Assembly: GCA_951406725.2 (NCBI GenBank)
Contig: OX597824.1
Location: 76,384,001-76,448,000 of the forward strand
Direction: 5' to 3'
DNA from: Octopus vulgaris
Taxonomy: Eukaryota
Length of the DNA stretch: 64,000 bases
This document shows positions 13,977-26,563 of this stretch, in pieces. Position numbers and translations under genes: made by a program. The notes under the pieces were generated by a model, which saw only the letters and a list, made by a program, of their open reading frames with translations, did not search any database and was not told the origin of the DNA. Each line of letters starts with the position of its first letter. Position 1 is the first letter of the stretch.

Positions 13977-14243
13977 TATTCTTTTCTACTCTAGGCACAA
14001 GGCCCGAAATTTGGGGGAAGAGGGCCAGTCGATTAGATCGACCCCAGTGCGTAACTGGTACTTAAGTTATCGACCCCGAATGGATGAAAGGCAAAGCCAA
14101 CCTCGGCGGAATTTGAACTCAGAACGTAAAGACAGACGAAATACCTATTTCTTTACTACCCACAAGGGACTAAACACAGAGAGGACAAACAAGGACAGAC
14201 AGACGGATTAAGTCGATTATATCGACCCCAGTGCGTAACTGGG
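13977..14243 (-). mobile_element. SINE family A, partial
   Basis: Contains the CGACCCC..GATGAAAGGCAAAG..CCTCGGCGGAATTTGAACTCAGAAC core. Confidence 0.8.
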
Positions 14244-14832
14244 CTAAACACAGAGGAGACATTCGGTATCGAGGCGTTAGTCGAACTCTCTTAGTTTCAC
14301 TCGGAGTAGGATAGCAATTAGTCATCTACTAAATAGAGCTTGTTTGGTGCCTGAGACAGGTTTATCTCCCGGATTGGGGATTACGACATATGCTGTAATT
14401 AGAAGTGTGTGAAGAACGTAATGTTAAGGGAAAGAGTAAGAACCGGTGAGAACCGGTTCGGCAAAAGTGACCGATAGAATAAGTACTAGGCTTACAAAGA
14501 ATAAGTCGTGGGGTCGATTTGCTCAACTAAAGGCGGTGCTCCAGCATAGCTGCAGTCAAATGACTGAAACAAGTAAAAGAGTAATGCGAGAGAGAGTACA
14601 TACCTATGAATCCGTATGCATGCAATAAGTACACCTACACGCTAGCAGCCGAATGTATACGGACGCATATTTGTAGAATGATAACCACCTCCCACACATT
14701 TATCCATCCGTGTCACGGAGTATAAAAGCGTAGTTTGTGCAACAATAAAAAATCACCAGATTATTTTCCTACAGATCGTAATATATCGTTAGACTAAGGG
14801 ACTTTTGGCCCACATTGTACGAATGAAAATAT

Positions 14833-15208
14833 GGCACACTCCGTCGCTTACAACGACAAGGGTTCCAGCCGATCTGATCAACGGAACAACCTGCTCGTGA
14901 AATTAACGTGCAAGTGGATGAGCACTCCACAGACACGCGTACCCTTAATGTAGTTCTCGCGGAGATTCAGCGTGACACAGTGTGACAAGGCTGGCCCTTT
15001 GAAATACGTGTACAACAGAAACAGGAAAAGTGAGAGGAAGTTGGGGTGAAAGATTACAGCAGAGTTCGCCACCACCCCCTACCGGAACATCGCGGAGCTT
15101 TAGGTATTTTCACTCAATAAACACTCACAACGCCGGGTCTGGGAATCGAAACCGAGATCCTACGACCGCGATTCCGCTGCCCTAACCACTGGGTCACTGC
15201 GCCTCCAC
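14833..15208 (-). mobile_element. tRNA-derived SINE, family C
   Basis: Minus-strand head GTGGAGGCGCA..CCCAGTGGTTAGG..GGTTTCGATTCCC. The body is shared with copies at 26272, 40563, 41798 and 51828. Confidence 0.85.
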
Positions 15209-15494
15209 ACGAATGAGAATATGTAATAAAGATAACAGAAATACAATCGAAAATACGAATAATAGCATTCTTTAACACGTATTCCCTATAACGCCCTTAC
15301 ATAAACACAGGATGGGCGGCATGGTTTATCTAGAATTTTAAAAATGATTCGAAACCTGTTATTGCATTGATTATAATCAAACATAGCTTTTAAAAGTAAG
15401 CAAAGATTACTTAAGAGGAGCTATGATTGGCAAAATAAGTGAATGCCTAGAAAATAAAAGACGTGCGTATAGAATAAATATAAAATCACATATC

Positions 15495-15923
15495 AGATCT
15501 TTTCGGTTTGAACGGCAGTTTTTAACATAATTTCTAGCTAACTAAAAAATTTTAAACTTCGTTTACTGGTTGAATGTGTTTATAAAACATTTTTTTCTCT
15601 TGGCTTTATTGAGAAAATTCAATGGTTTGTAAGATATTTGTTGTTTTTTTTCTTCAATTTCTGCAATTTCAACCAATCAATGACGTGTATTTGAGGTGAA
15701 AACATTCTGTGCCGTATGAATATGTCCCTCGTTTAAGAAACAGATTGGATTTATTTACATTTGTGAAGACAAAAGATACCTTCCCCCACCCTAACCCTAA
15801 CCCTAACTAACCCTAACCTTAAAACAGATTGAAATGCAATAGATCGATACTAGGGTCATAATTATGGGTGACAATTTCATATGACACCGCTAGAAAAAAC
15901 TGCCGTTCAAACCGAAAAGATCT
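15495..15923. mobile_element. MITE with perfect 29-bp terminal inverted repeats and internal (CCCTAA)n
   Basis: AGATCTTTTCGGTTTGAACGGCAGTTTTT at 15495 and its exact reverse complement ending at 15923. The flanks CACATATC and CACATATA match at 7 of 8 bases, like a target-site duplication. Confidence 0.85.
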
Positions 15924-16174
15924 CACATATATCTCTTGTAGTTTACTTGCTTCAGTCATTGGACTCCGGCCATGCTAGGGCACCATCCTGAAAGATTTTA
16001 GTCAAACAAATCGACCCCAGGTATTATTTTGTCGATTCGCGTACTTCTTCTATCGGTATCTTTTGTCGAAGCTGCTAAGTTACTACAGGGGTGTTAGAAA
16101 ATCAACGTCAGTTGTCAAGCGCTGGTGGGCATAGAACACAAACACTAGGACACACCCACACACAAATCTATCTG

Positions 16175-16219
<45 letters not shown>

Positions 16220-16430
16220 TAATAAATAAATAAAACATATGCATATATACATAGATATATGTACGTACCTACCTCTACATGTATATATACATGCATATAT
16301 GGGTACAGGACACCAAAAAAACGTCGAACACAATGAGAAACGAAAACATAAACACAAAACCAAGGAAATGGACATTTCTTTAAAACAACGAAAAAATAGA
16401 GTACAGGATATACAAAACAAGGAAAATTCC

Positions 16431-16518
16431 CCTTCTTCAGTCGCCTTAATTTCATCTACTCCACGTTTCGAAGGTCATCGAAACGTTGAGTAGATGAAAT
16501 TAAGGCGACTGAAGAAGG
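16431..16518. repeat. Fold-back hairpin with 41-bp arms (1 mismatch) and a 6-nt loop
   Basis: CCTTCTTCAGTCGCCTTAATTTCATCTACTCCACGTTTCGA-aggtca-TCGAAACGTTGAGTAGATGAAATTAAGGCGACTGAAGAAGG. Confidence 0.9.
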
Positions 16519-16715
16519 TAACTTTCTAGGTGCAATCCCGTGGTTATTCATGACCGAAGGGGGGTCACCCATATGTATATATATATATATATATCACAAT
16601 CAAGGAACGGCCATAATAGGCCATTCACCCACTAGAAATAACAGCCAAAAGCTTTAACCGCAAAATAACATTAATACCGTAAACCAGGAGAAAATTGAAA
16701 AACTTTTACCCTGTA

Positions 16716-16822
16716 ATTTCTTAGACGATGCACCGTTTCATCTACCGTTTAATGGTAAACTAACCTGATTAAATTAAATCAAGCCAATCCACCATAGGCC
16801 CTTAGACTCATCAGTAAGAAAT
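16716..16822 (-). ncRNA. Type I hammerhead ribozyme (array copy 1)
   Basis: Reverse complement of the motif at 17956-18062. Confidence 0.8.
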
Positions 16823-17200
16823 AGCCAAATCGGAACAGATATTTTTCACGAGGCATTCCTCTTGCTACCTCGGCAATATCTGACCTAAAATTTTCAAATC
16901 GTCGCACTCGCGCCAAATTTATCGGCAGCAAATAAACCACCGATTCCGTTACGGAACTAACCAGAAAATTCATAATTAATCAATATAGGGTGGCAAAAAA
17001 ATTTTTGTAGAATTCTTTTGCCACCAGCGGCCTAGTAGGAAAAAATTAAATAGTCATAAACCATTTTTACGTTCAACATCACAATCAAGGAACGGCCATA
17101 ATAGGCCATTCACCCACTAGAAATAACAGCCAAAAGCTTTAACCGCAAAATAACATTAATACCGTAAACCAGGAGAAAATTGAAAAACTTTTACCCTGTA

Positions 17201-17307
17201 ATTTCTTAGACGATGCACCGTTTCATCTACCGTTTAATGGTAAACTAACCTGATTAAATTAAATCAAGCCAATCCACCATAGGCCCTTAGACTCATCAGT
17301 AAGAAAT
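17201..17307 (-). ncRNA. Type I hammerhead ribozyme (array copy 2)
   Basis: Same motif, offset by 485 bp. Confidence 0.8.
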
Positions 17308-17955
17308 AGCCAAATCGGAACAGATATTTTTCACGAGGCATTCCTCTTGCTACCTCGGCAATATCTGACCTAAAATTTTCAAATCGTCGCACTCGCGCCA
17401 AATTTATCGGCAGCAAATAAACCACCGATTCCGTTACGGAACTAACCAGAAAATTCATAATTAATCAATATAGGGTGGCAAAAAAATTTTTGTAGAATTC
17501 TTTTGCCACCAGCGGCCTAGTAGGAAAAATTAGTTTACCATTAAACGGTAGATGAAACGGTGCATCGTCTAAGAAAATACAGGGTAAAAGTTTTTCAATT
17601 TTCTCCTGGTTTACGGTATTAATGTTATTTTGCGGTTAAAGCTTTTGGCTGTTATTTCTAGTGGGTGAATGGCCTATTATGGCCGTTCCTTGATTGTGAT
17701 GTTGAACGTAAAAATGGTTTATGACTATTTAATTTTTTCCTACTAGGCCGCTGGTGGCAAAAGAATTCTACAAAAATTTTTTTGCCACCCTATATTGATT
17801 AATTATGAATTTTCTGGTTAGTTCCGTAACGGAATCGGTGGTTTATTTGCTGCCGATAAATTTGGCGCGAGTGCGACGATTTGAAAATTTTAGGTCAGAT
17901 ATTGCCGAGGTAGCAAGAGGAATGCCTCGTGAAAAATATCTGTTCCGATTTGGCT

Positions 17956-18062
17956 ATTTCTTACTGATGAGTCTAAGGGCCTATGGTGGATTGGCTTGAT
18001 TTAATTTAATCAGGTTAGTTTACCATTAAACGGTAGATGAAACGGTGCATCGTCTAAGAAAT
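17956..18062 (+). ncRNA. Type I hammerhead ribozyme (array copy 3), extended stem II
   Basis: Stem I ATTTCTTA/TAAGAAAT (8 bp). Core CTGATGA at 17964-17970. Stem II GTCTA/TAGAT encloses a long hairpin. GAAA at 18039-18042. Stem III ACGGT-gc-ATCGT. Cleavage triplet GTC at 18052-18054. Confidence 0.85.
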
Positions 18063-18440
18063 TACAGGGTAAAAGTTTTTCAATTTTCTCCTGGTTTACG
18101 GTATTAATGTTATTTTGCGGTTAAAGCTTTTGGCTGTTATTTCTAGTGGGTGAATGGCCTATTATGGCCGTTCCTTGATTGTGATGTTGAACGTAAAAAT
18201 GGTTTATGACTATTTAATTTTTTCCTACTAGGCCGCTGGTGGCAAAAGAATTCTACAAAAATTTTTTTGCCACCCTATATTGATTAATTATGAATTTTCT
18301 GGTTAGTTCCGTAACGGAATCGGTGGTTTATTTGCTGCCGATAAATTTGGCGCGAGTGCGACGATTTGAAAATTTTAGGTCAGATATTGCCGAGGTAGCA
18401 AGAGGAATGCCTCGTGAAAAATATCTGTTCCGATCTGGCT

Positions 18441-18547
18441 ATTTCTTACTGATGAGTCTAAGGGCCTATGGTGGATTGGCTTGATTTAATTTAATCAGGT
18501 TAGTTTACCATTAAACGGTAGATGAAACGGTGCATCGTCTAAGAAAT
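18441..18547 (+). ncRNA. Type I hammerhead ribozyme (array copy 4)
   Basis: Identical motif, offset by 485 bp. Confidence 0.85.
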
Positions 18548-18925
18548 TACAGGGTAAAAGTTTTTCAATTTTCTCCTGGTTTACGGTATTAATGTTATTT
18601 TGCGGTTAAAGCTTTTGGCTGTTATTTCTAGTGGGTGAATGGCCTATTATGGCCGTTCCTTGATTGTGATGTTGAACGTAAAAATGGTTTATGACTATTT
18701 AATTTTTTCCTACTAGGCCGCTGGTGGCAAAAGAATTCTACAAAAATTTTTTTGCCACCCTATATTGATTAATTATGAATTTTCTGGTTAGTTCCGTAAC
18801 GGAATCGGTGGTTTATTTGCTGCCGATAAATTTGGCGCGAGTGCGACGATTTGAAAATTTTAGGTCAGATATTGCCGAGGTAGCAAGAGGAATGCCTCGT
18901 GAAAAATATCTGTTCCGATTTGGCT

Positions 18926-19032
18926 ATTTCTTACTGATGAGTCTAAGGGCCTATGGTGGATTGGCTTGATTTAATTTAATCAGGTTAGTTTACCATTAAA
19001 CGGTAGATGAAACGGTGCATCGTCTAAGAAAT
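18926..19032 (+). ncRNA. Type I hammerhead ribozyme (array copy 5)
   Basis: Identical motif, offset by 970 bp. Confidence 0.85.
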
Positions 19033-19709
19033 TACAGGGTAAAAGTTTTTCAATTTTCTCCTGGTTTACGGTATTAATGTTATTTTGCGGTTAAAGCTTT
19101 TGGCTGTTATTTCTAGTGGGTGAATGGCCTATTATGGCCGTTCCTTGATTGTGATGTTGAACGTAAAAATGGTTTATGACTATTTAATTTTTTCCTACTA
19201 GGCCGCTGGTGGCAAAAGAATTCTACAAAAATTTTTTTGCCACCCTATATTGATTAATTATGATTATATATATATATATATATATATGACGGGCTTCCAA
19301 ACAGTTACCACCGACTAAATTCACTCACAAGACATTGTTCGGGCAGGAGCTATAGTGGAAATCCCTTGCCCAAGGTAGCATGCAGAACCCTAAACGATAT
19401 GGTTGCAAAGTGAGCTTCTCACCGAAAGATAGATATTTTCTACCGATAGATAGATATTTTCAAAGTAGCTAAACAACACTTTATTGTAGACACTGGGTGA
19501 GATACTGATTAAAAATGGACAAGAATTTATGCACAGAAAAATAACAATTTTCAAATTAAAGCTTTAATAAAAACAATTTATTAATACAAGATGCAAATAA
19601 ATGTGTTGTAGGAAAAGTATTCATGTATTTTAGAAAATACTTTATGTGTATGGTCGTATTTGTAAAGCCAATGATATAATGTGTGTATTATGTATAATAG
19701 CATTATGCG

Positions 19710-19892
19710 TAGGCGCAGGTGTGGCTGTGTGGTCAGAAGCTTGCTTCCTAACCACATGGTTCCGAGTTCAGTCTTACTCCGTGACGCGTGTGTTCTACTA
19801 TAGCCTCGTTTCGACCAAAGCCTTGTGAGTGGATTTGGTAGACAGAAACAGAAAGAAGCCCGTCGTGTATATATATTTCTCTATATCTATGC

Positions 19893-19938
<46 letters not shown>

Positions 19939-20097
19939 GTGTGTGTGTATTTACGTCCCTGTAACTTAGCAGTTCAGCAAAAGAGAATAAGAACTACGCT
20001 TACAAATAAATAAATCCTGGGGGTCGATTTCTTCGACTATAAAACCCTTTGAGGCGGTGTTCCAGCATGACCGGAGTCAAATGACTGAAGCAAGTGA
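19710..20097 (+). mobile_element. SINE family B, diverged
   Basis: AGGCGCAGGTGTGGCTGTGTGG head and GGCGGTGTTCCAGCATG..CAAATGACTGAAGC tail. Confidence 0.8.
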
Positions 20098-20135
20098 ACG
20101 AATATGATTATGAATTAATGTTCTACTTGGTATCC

Positions 20136-20519
20136 ATGCGTAGAATGAACGGGAAAATATTGCCGAAGAAAATAGAAAGAAGAACGTTATCATTTACGGT
20201 TGAATCTAACGGAACAGTGAATACAGAGAATGGATTTCTTTCATCCAGTTTTACGTGTCCTGTTATTTAAGATAACTTCAAATGTGAGTGTGTGATTGGA
20301 AAAGCGACCAGTTCTGTTACGTGTATTGCTGTAACGGTTCCAGCCGAAAAGATTAACGACAAATTGCCGCGCTTTATCTGTAACCGAGAGCGAGGAGAGC
20401 TAAAGAAGCCAGACAGCTTCAGCTTGAAGTTATGTAACCAGACTATTGACAGAGTAGTATTAATTGTGATCGATTCAAATAAAATCTGTGGAAACTCTAA
20501 AATGTCACCTGTTGCCTGA
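20136..20519 (+). pseudogene. Coding-like relic with weak similarity to a cadherin repeat (tentative)
   Basis: About 127 codons in one frame with one internal stop. SFTVESNGTV and SSVTCIAVTV..KINDKLPRF resemble the cadherin FxVxxxGxI and VxVxDxNDxxPxF motifs. Confidence 0.2.
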
Positions 20520-21989
20520 AGGAACTGCTTCATAATTAAATGCCATAGAATATTAATTGCTATAACACTAGCAATTAGCAAAGCTGTTTAAGGCATACAG
20601 ACGATCGTAAATACTGGTGTCAATTCATCACCCTTTTTTGTTCTCTTTCGTTCTCTTTCGCTCTCTTTCCCTGTCAGAATTGGTCGTGTTGCATTGTGAG
20701 AAGGACGTGAAGGGAACCTGCAAAATATTCATCCCCTCAAGAACTGTTATTTCCATTCCATCTGTGCAAGAATTGTTCACCGAGGATTTAGCAAATTTAT
20801 AACACACTGTGATGATGGGTTATGTTGTGAAAGCAAAAAAGATACCGAAACTGGCTGAATCGTTAGCACGTCGGACAAAATACTTGCCAGAATTTCGTCC
20901 GTCTTTACGTTCTGAGTTCAAATCCCACAGAGGTCAACTTTATCTTTCATCCTTTCAGGGTTGATAAAACACGTACCAGTTGAGCACAAAAATCGATTTG
21001 ATCAACTTACATCCCTCCCTCGAAATTTATGGCATTATGCCAAAATTTGAAACCAATGTTGTGAAAATAAAATAGTCAAATACTCTTTCCTGTAGACATA
21101 AACTACTAAGAATTACTTTATGTTATAAGTTCAAGTCCCGCGAGTGAAAAACTTTGTCTTTTTATCAATCCTCAAAGGACGATTTCTTTCGAGGTTTCTT
21201 TAATTTTTTATTTGTTTTACTTTTTCTTTCTTTCTGGTGCACTTGAAATATTTTGTCAAACAAATCGACCCCCATTTCTTGTTTATTAAAGTCAGGTACT
21301 TATTCTACGGATACCTTTTGTCGAACTGCTAAATTACGGGTGCTTAAACAAACTTACATCGGTTGCCAAGCAATAGTAATGGTGGGGTAACTAATACAAG
21401 CACAATGACATGCACAGGCTTTCGCACAGTTTCCGTCAACCGATTTCCTTCAAAAGGCATCGGTTGTAAACACTTGCCCCTTGGTTGAAACGCGATTTTC
21501 TTAAGCACACGTTCATGCCGTACTTGAGTTAAAACTTACTCCTCCTTTCAAAACTGCTACCCTCCTGTCTAAATTAGAAACGATTTGTAACAGCTCAAAA
21601 ATATCACGGGGGAACTGAGGTGTTGAGTACCATAGTGTAATCAAGGAATGAAGAAATCATCAGTTGAGGGCGACATTTTTCGCATCATATTTGAAACCGT
21701 TCCCTGATGAAGTCCTTACAAAAAATCCCATTAATAATGCGGTTTAAGAATTACAATGAAAATAGTAATTTAATATACCGTTAAGTGCTGTCGCTGCTAT
21801 CGTGTAGAGCTACAAATTATATCAGATGTTACATTTTGGAGATTTTCGCATTCTGATAAAGGACGAAAATCACTCAAAGATTATTGGTGATATTGACAGA
21901 GACAAGATGAAAATTCATGAGCAGCCAAGGTTAATGGAGACAAGGAATCTTGGTTCGCCATTGTGTAATTCAATTCAGTTGCTGTCTCT

Positions 21990-22880
21990 TGAAAACGAAG
22001 CATCTAACGAGTTGCATAAATGATTCTCATATCGCTAGTATATTTATTGCCGTGTTTGAATTCAGCTCAAAGCGACGTCAGTTAGCCAAGAAATGTTTAG
22101 AAGACATATTAAGTTATAAACGACTTTATCTCTGGGTCCAGACTGTTAGTTCGTAAGCAGACACTTTATGGTTTTTATTAGAAAATTTTGTTGATAACGA
22201 GTATGTTGCTTTACACTTTTTACCTCAATATGCTGACACACTTTGATGTATCATTTTTTATCACGCCTCTCAAGTGAAAAATCTTTATTGTATAGACTGC
22301 TAAAATCTTCGATAATTAACTGTTCAGTTTTCTTTCTTCTATTTATGTTATTATACCATTAAGTAGAGAGATCGCCATTTTCCAGCACTTAAAATATAAT
22401 TTGTTATCGATTTGTCTATGGATACTGATAAGCACTCTGTTTATGATATTATCATCTAGTATTCGATTATTTCCTCATATTTCAACAAACTGGGGAAACA
22501 TTTATATTGTAAAATCTTACTTCGGACGTAATTAAATTTGTAGTTCTCTCACTTTCGAACGTTACAATTTCATTCTATATGCATATTCGTGATTATGACT
22601 CAATATTCGCACTCGGTATTGTTACTGATTAACAATTTTAGCATTGTAAGAACTGGTATATGATTAAGTCATTCCAAAGTGTGACAATTCCATTTTTGCA
22701 GACATTGTAGCTGAGACTACGCTAGCTTATAATGTTATTTTAATTCTCTAAATTGTATGGTGTAGTTTGAGAGTGATTAACTTGCAGTTCCTCGCAGGTC
22801 GATGCGTCGAGACCCGTTCGGTATATATTTTCACCGCCAAATACTTAAATTTTCTTCCATGCATTTTATGTGATTTTAAT
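21990..22880 (+). pseudogene. Decayed rhodopsin-class GPCR relic (tentative)
   Basis: Across stops and frameshifts: IASIFIAVF (TM1), LYLW..ADTLWFLL (TM2), SSIYVIIPLSREIAIFQHLKY (TM3/ICL2), SICLWILISTLFMI (TM4 Trp), VLLLINNFSIV (TM5) and DPF/VYIFTAKY (TM7). Confidence 0.4.
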
Positions 22881-22904
22881 ATTTTCGATATAGCTTTACC
22901 TAGA

Positions 22905-22986
<82 letters not shown>

Positions 22987-23113
22987 ATATATATATATAT
23001 GTATGTATATGCATATATGTAGGTATGTACATATTTATGTACATGTGTGTATGTATGAACATATGTATGTATATATATATGCATATGTATATAAATATAT
23101 GAATAAATATACG

Positions 23114-23172
<59 letters not shown>

Positions 23173-23232
23173 GTATATATATATATACGTATATATATAT
23201 ATACGTATATATGTATATATATATATATACAC

Positions 23233-23282
<50 letters not shown>

Positions 23283-24231
23283 GTATATATATAAATATAT
23301 GTACGTATTATTATTTGATTGAACGCCACGCATCTATTTCCAAGTAAGTTTATCTTAAGCTTTTTGATGCGACTCTACGCTATACTATTTTCTCCCCCTA
23401 TCCTTTCTCTCTCATCTATTCTCTAATTCCCCTTTTTCTCCTCTTCACCGTTTTCTACCCGTTTCTCTCTCCCCTCTCTTTCTCCTTTACTCTCTCTCGT
23501 TGCTCACACGTGACCATCGTCCAACTTACTTTTCCTCAAGTGATCATCTTTCTTTTCTTTCAGGGTTGTCCTAAAGACTGGAGTATCCTATCACTCTCTT
23601 CTGTTTTTTCTCTTGTCAAAGAAAATATTTCTCAATGTTTTTCTTCGTTCGGTTTCTTGTATGTCTCCACTGTCCTGTTTTTGTTCCCAACATTGACCCT
23701 CGATAAATCCCAAATTAATCCCAGCAGCACACGGATGTTTTGCAGGAAATAGGTGACGTTGAGGAGGCGGAGGAGGTTATGTCTAAAAAAATGCAATTAA
23801 AGAAATGGAAATGTGGGAGAAACTTTCATACATTATTCGAAAGAAACACACAGAAAAAGATGCAACTGGGTGTGCGACGGCGCTATCTAATGACACTTGA
23901 CTAACTCATTTGAGAAACATTCTGAAAGAGAGGATGAAATAGACCTCATTGGACAGGCTTTTATCGAAAACTCCTGCAGATGAAAGTGAGAAAAGCGTGG
24001 CAAAAAGGGCAAAAATCAGCAAATAAGATTCAGTTATTCAGTTCAGCCTTTTGTCCTCCACCTCCGTCAGTATCCTCAAGCCGTCTGATTTCTAAGCTAA
24101 ATGTTGTACATTATACTTAATGAAACCAGTTTATTGTAGTACATTCTATTGTATTGTGTTTTTTATACAATATTCGTTATATTTAAGTACATTTTCCTTA
24201 TTTAAAAACGTGTAACAAAATAATTGCGGTG

Positions 24232-24334
<103 letters not shown>

Positions 24335-24459
24335 TATACATATATATATATATGTATGTGTGTGTGTATGTGTTTGTGTGTTTGTGTGTATGTATATGTA
24401 ATATATATTTATATATACTGTGTATGTATATGTATATATATATATGTGTGAATATATAT

Positions 24460-24497
<38 letters not shown>

Positions 24498-24568
24498 GTG
24501 TATGTATAGATATGTATATATGTGTATATATATGTATATATATGTATATATGTGTATATATATGTATA

Positions 24569-24611
<43 letters not shown>

Positions 24612-25241
24612 ATTTCTTCAATGGCTTAGTTCCAGTGTGGGTGTTAGAATCGTAGTTACTAGCGAACTCTTATTCGCTTTAGTTCTTTTTCCTTTCCCAC
24701 TGGACACATTTACGGACATATAAATTTGCTGCATAAGAGTTGTTTGACCTCTTGACACCTGCCGTAGTTAGTCGCTTCTTGATGATATTCTTCTGTATGT
24801 TTACAATCTTTTACACATCATTATTACCTTTCCATCACTATTTTCGTCCCCTTCTCTTTCCTTCCCTTTCCTTTATCTCCATTCACTTGTCATGTTAGCT
24901 TGATTTTAAAATTATTCATACAACTTCACTAAGCGCATACATTCGTGTACACCACGTGTATGCGTCAGTATTCTCTATTTGTATACGTGAATTAGTTTTG
25001 ATATATCTTGTTGATGGTACAAATCTATAGAAATTACTTTTTTGTTATGTAGATTAAATTTCACTCCTGTCGTGTAAAAAAGATGGGAGTGCAAATATTA
25101 ATATTGAAAAATTCTAGATAAAAATCAAACCAATACGCATATTGTTGTGTAAATTCACACTCTATGTATGTATAATTAATGTGTGTTCATACGCACAATA
25201 CATATATGTATATATATAGATAGATAAGCCAAACCTCTATG

Positions 25242-25290
<49 letters not shown>

Positions 25291-25867
25291 GAAATGTGTA
25301 GAAAAACAAAGGACGAAGACAGGTGTATTAACAACAAGCAAGTGTATTAGTTTGACGGTCGGGAAAAATGAACAAGCCTTTTACGTTTCGAGCCTACGGT
25401 CTTCAGCAGAAATGAATAAAAGAAAATAAGCAGAGAGAGAATGAAAAAATTTTGTGAAGTTCAGCAGTCCAACATGGCATATATATATATATATATATAT
25501 ATAACTGGCCTCAAATCAAGATGTTAATTACCAGTTAAAGGGGCAAGACGCTAATAAAACCAATGATGATAATACAGAGGAAATTTTATCATGGGGTACT
25601 ACAGGTGATTCATTTAAACAATATTGTTGTGCTGTATAAAGATAAAATTTAGGGTTATCATCAAAAATATCACAATCAAAAAGATAAATTTTGAATAATT
25701 TTGAATATATACCAAAATGTTCAACAATAGAGAGAAAATAAAAATTACATAGAGTTAGTTTAATATTAATTCATATACTTAATTATTTACTTATTAGGTG
25801 GTATCTATAAAGACTGATCACTGGTATTTACTAAAAGAATACTGGGGCGATAGAACATGCTAACTAT

Positions 25868-26054
25868 AGGGGCTAAACACAGAGGGGACAAACAAGGACA
25901 GACAAACGAATTAAGTCGATTACATCGACCCCAGTGCGTAACTGGTTCTTAATTTATCGACCCCGAAAGGATGAAGGGCAAAGTCGACCTCGGCGAAATT
26001 TGAACTCAGAACGTAACGGCAGACGAAATACGGCTACGCATTTCGCCCGGCGTG
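25868..26054 (-). mobile_element. SINE family A with an apparent target-site duplication CATGCTAACTA
   Basis: CATGCTAACTA occurs on both sides of the SINE. Confidence 0.85.
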
Positions 26055-26271
26055 CATGCTAACTACATATTAATTATAAGTTAAGAGGTATATTATAAGT
26101 TGTGAGGTTACCGGTCCTATTATATACAAGTTAATATAAGTTTCAAGGGTAAAAAATTAGGAGGTCTACTTACATAAAGGCTATTATAAAAATAATAATA
26201 TGATCAGTAGGGTAGAACACCATAGAAAGGTATAAATAGTTTAATCCCTAAAACCATGATGAAGTATATAT

Positions 26272-26563
26272 GGGAAGCACTCCGTCGGTTACGACGACGA
26301 GGGTTCCGGTTGATCCGATCAACGGAACAGCCTGCTCGTGAAATTAACGTGTAAGTGGCTGAGCACTCCACAGACACGTGTACCCTTAACGTAGTTCTCA
26401 GGGATATTCAGCGTGACACAGAGGGTGACAAGGCCGGCCCCTTGAAATACAGGTACAACAGAAACAGGAAGTAAGAGTGAGAGAAAGTTGTGGTGAAAGA
26501 GTACAGCAGGGATCACGACCATCCCTGCCGGAGCCTCGTGGAGCTTTTAGGTGTTTTCGCTCA
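26272..26563 (-). mobile_element. SINE family C lacking the tRNA head
   Basis: The body matches the 41798 copy. GAAGTATATA occurs on both flanks. Confidence 0.85.

Larger units (their letters stand above)
16593..19263. mobile_element. 485-bp tandem array of an HHR-containing unit with an internal inversion (retrozyme-like)
   Basis: About 1.9 units in minus orientation (16593-17532) join about 3.6 units in plus orientation (17530-19263). The 485-bp period is confirmed by the ORF-track offsets. I noticed two substitutions (17577, 18435). (TA)n lies on both flanks. Confidence 0.85.

Noticed and set aside
16478-16518. GAAAC...CTGAAGA as a type II hammerhead
   Set aside because: I could not build stems I and III between the boxes.
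17805-17999. 64-aa ORF (MNFLVSSVTES...) repeated five times
   Set aside because: It recurs only because the unit repeats. It has no recognisable domain and overlaps the HHR core, so RNA structure explains the unit better.
16593-19263. CRISPR array or rDNA/snRNA repeat interpretation
   Set aside because: There are no unique spacers and no rRNA or snRNA motifs that I recognise.
24615-24660. THTGTKP on the minus strand, resembling a C2H2 zinc-finger linker
   Set aside because: No Cys/His finger pattern surrounds it.
25375-25420. Minus-strand CTGAAGA-CCGTAGGCTC-GAAACGTA, with relatives at ~35510 and ~5940
   Set aside because: The core boxes are present, but stem II and stem I do not form convincingly. 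It may be HHR-derived but is not supportable here.
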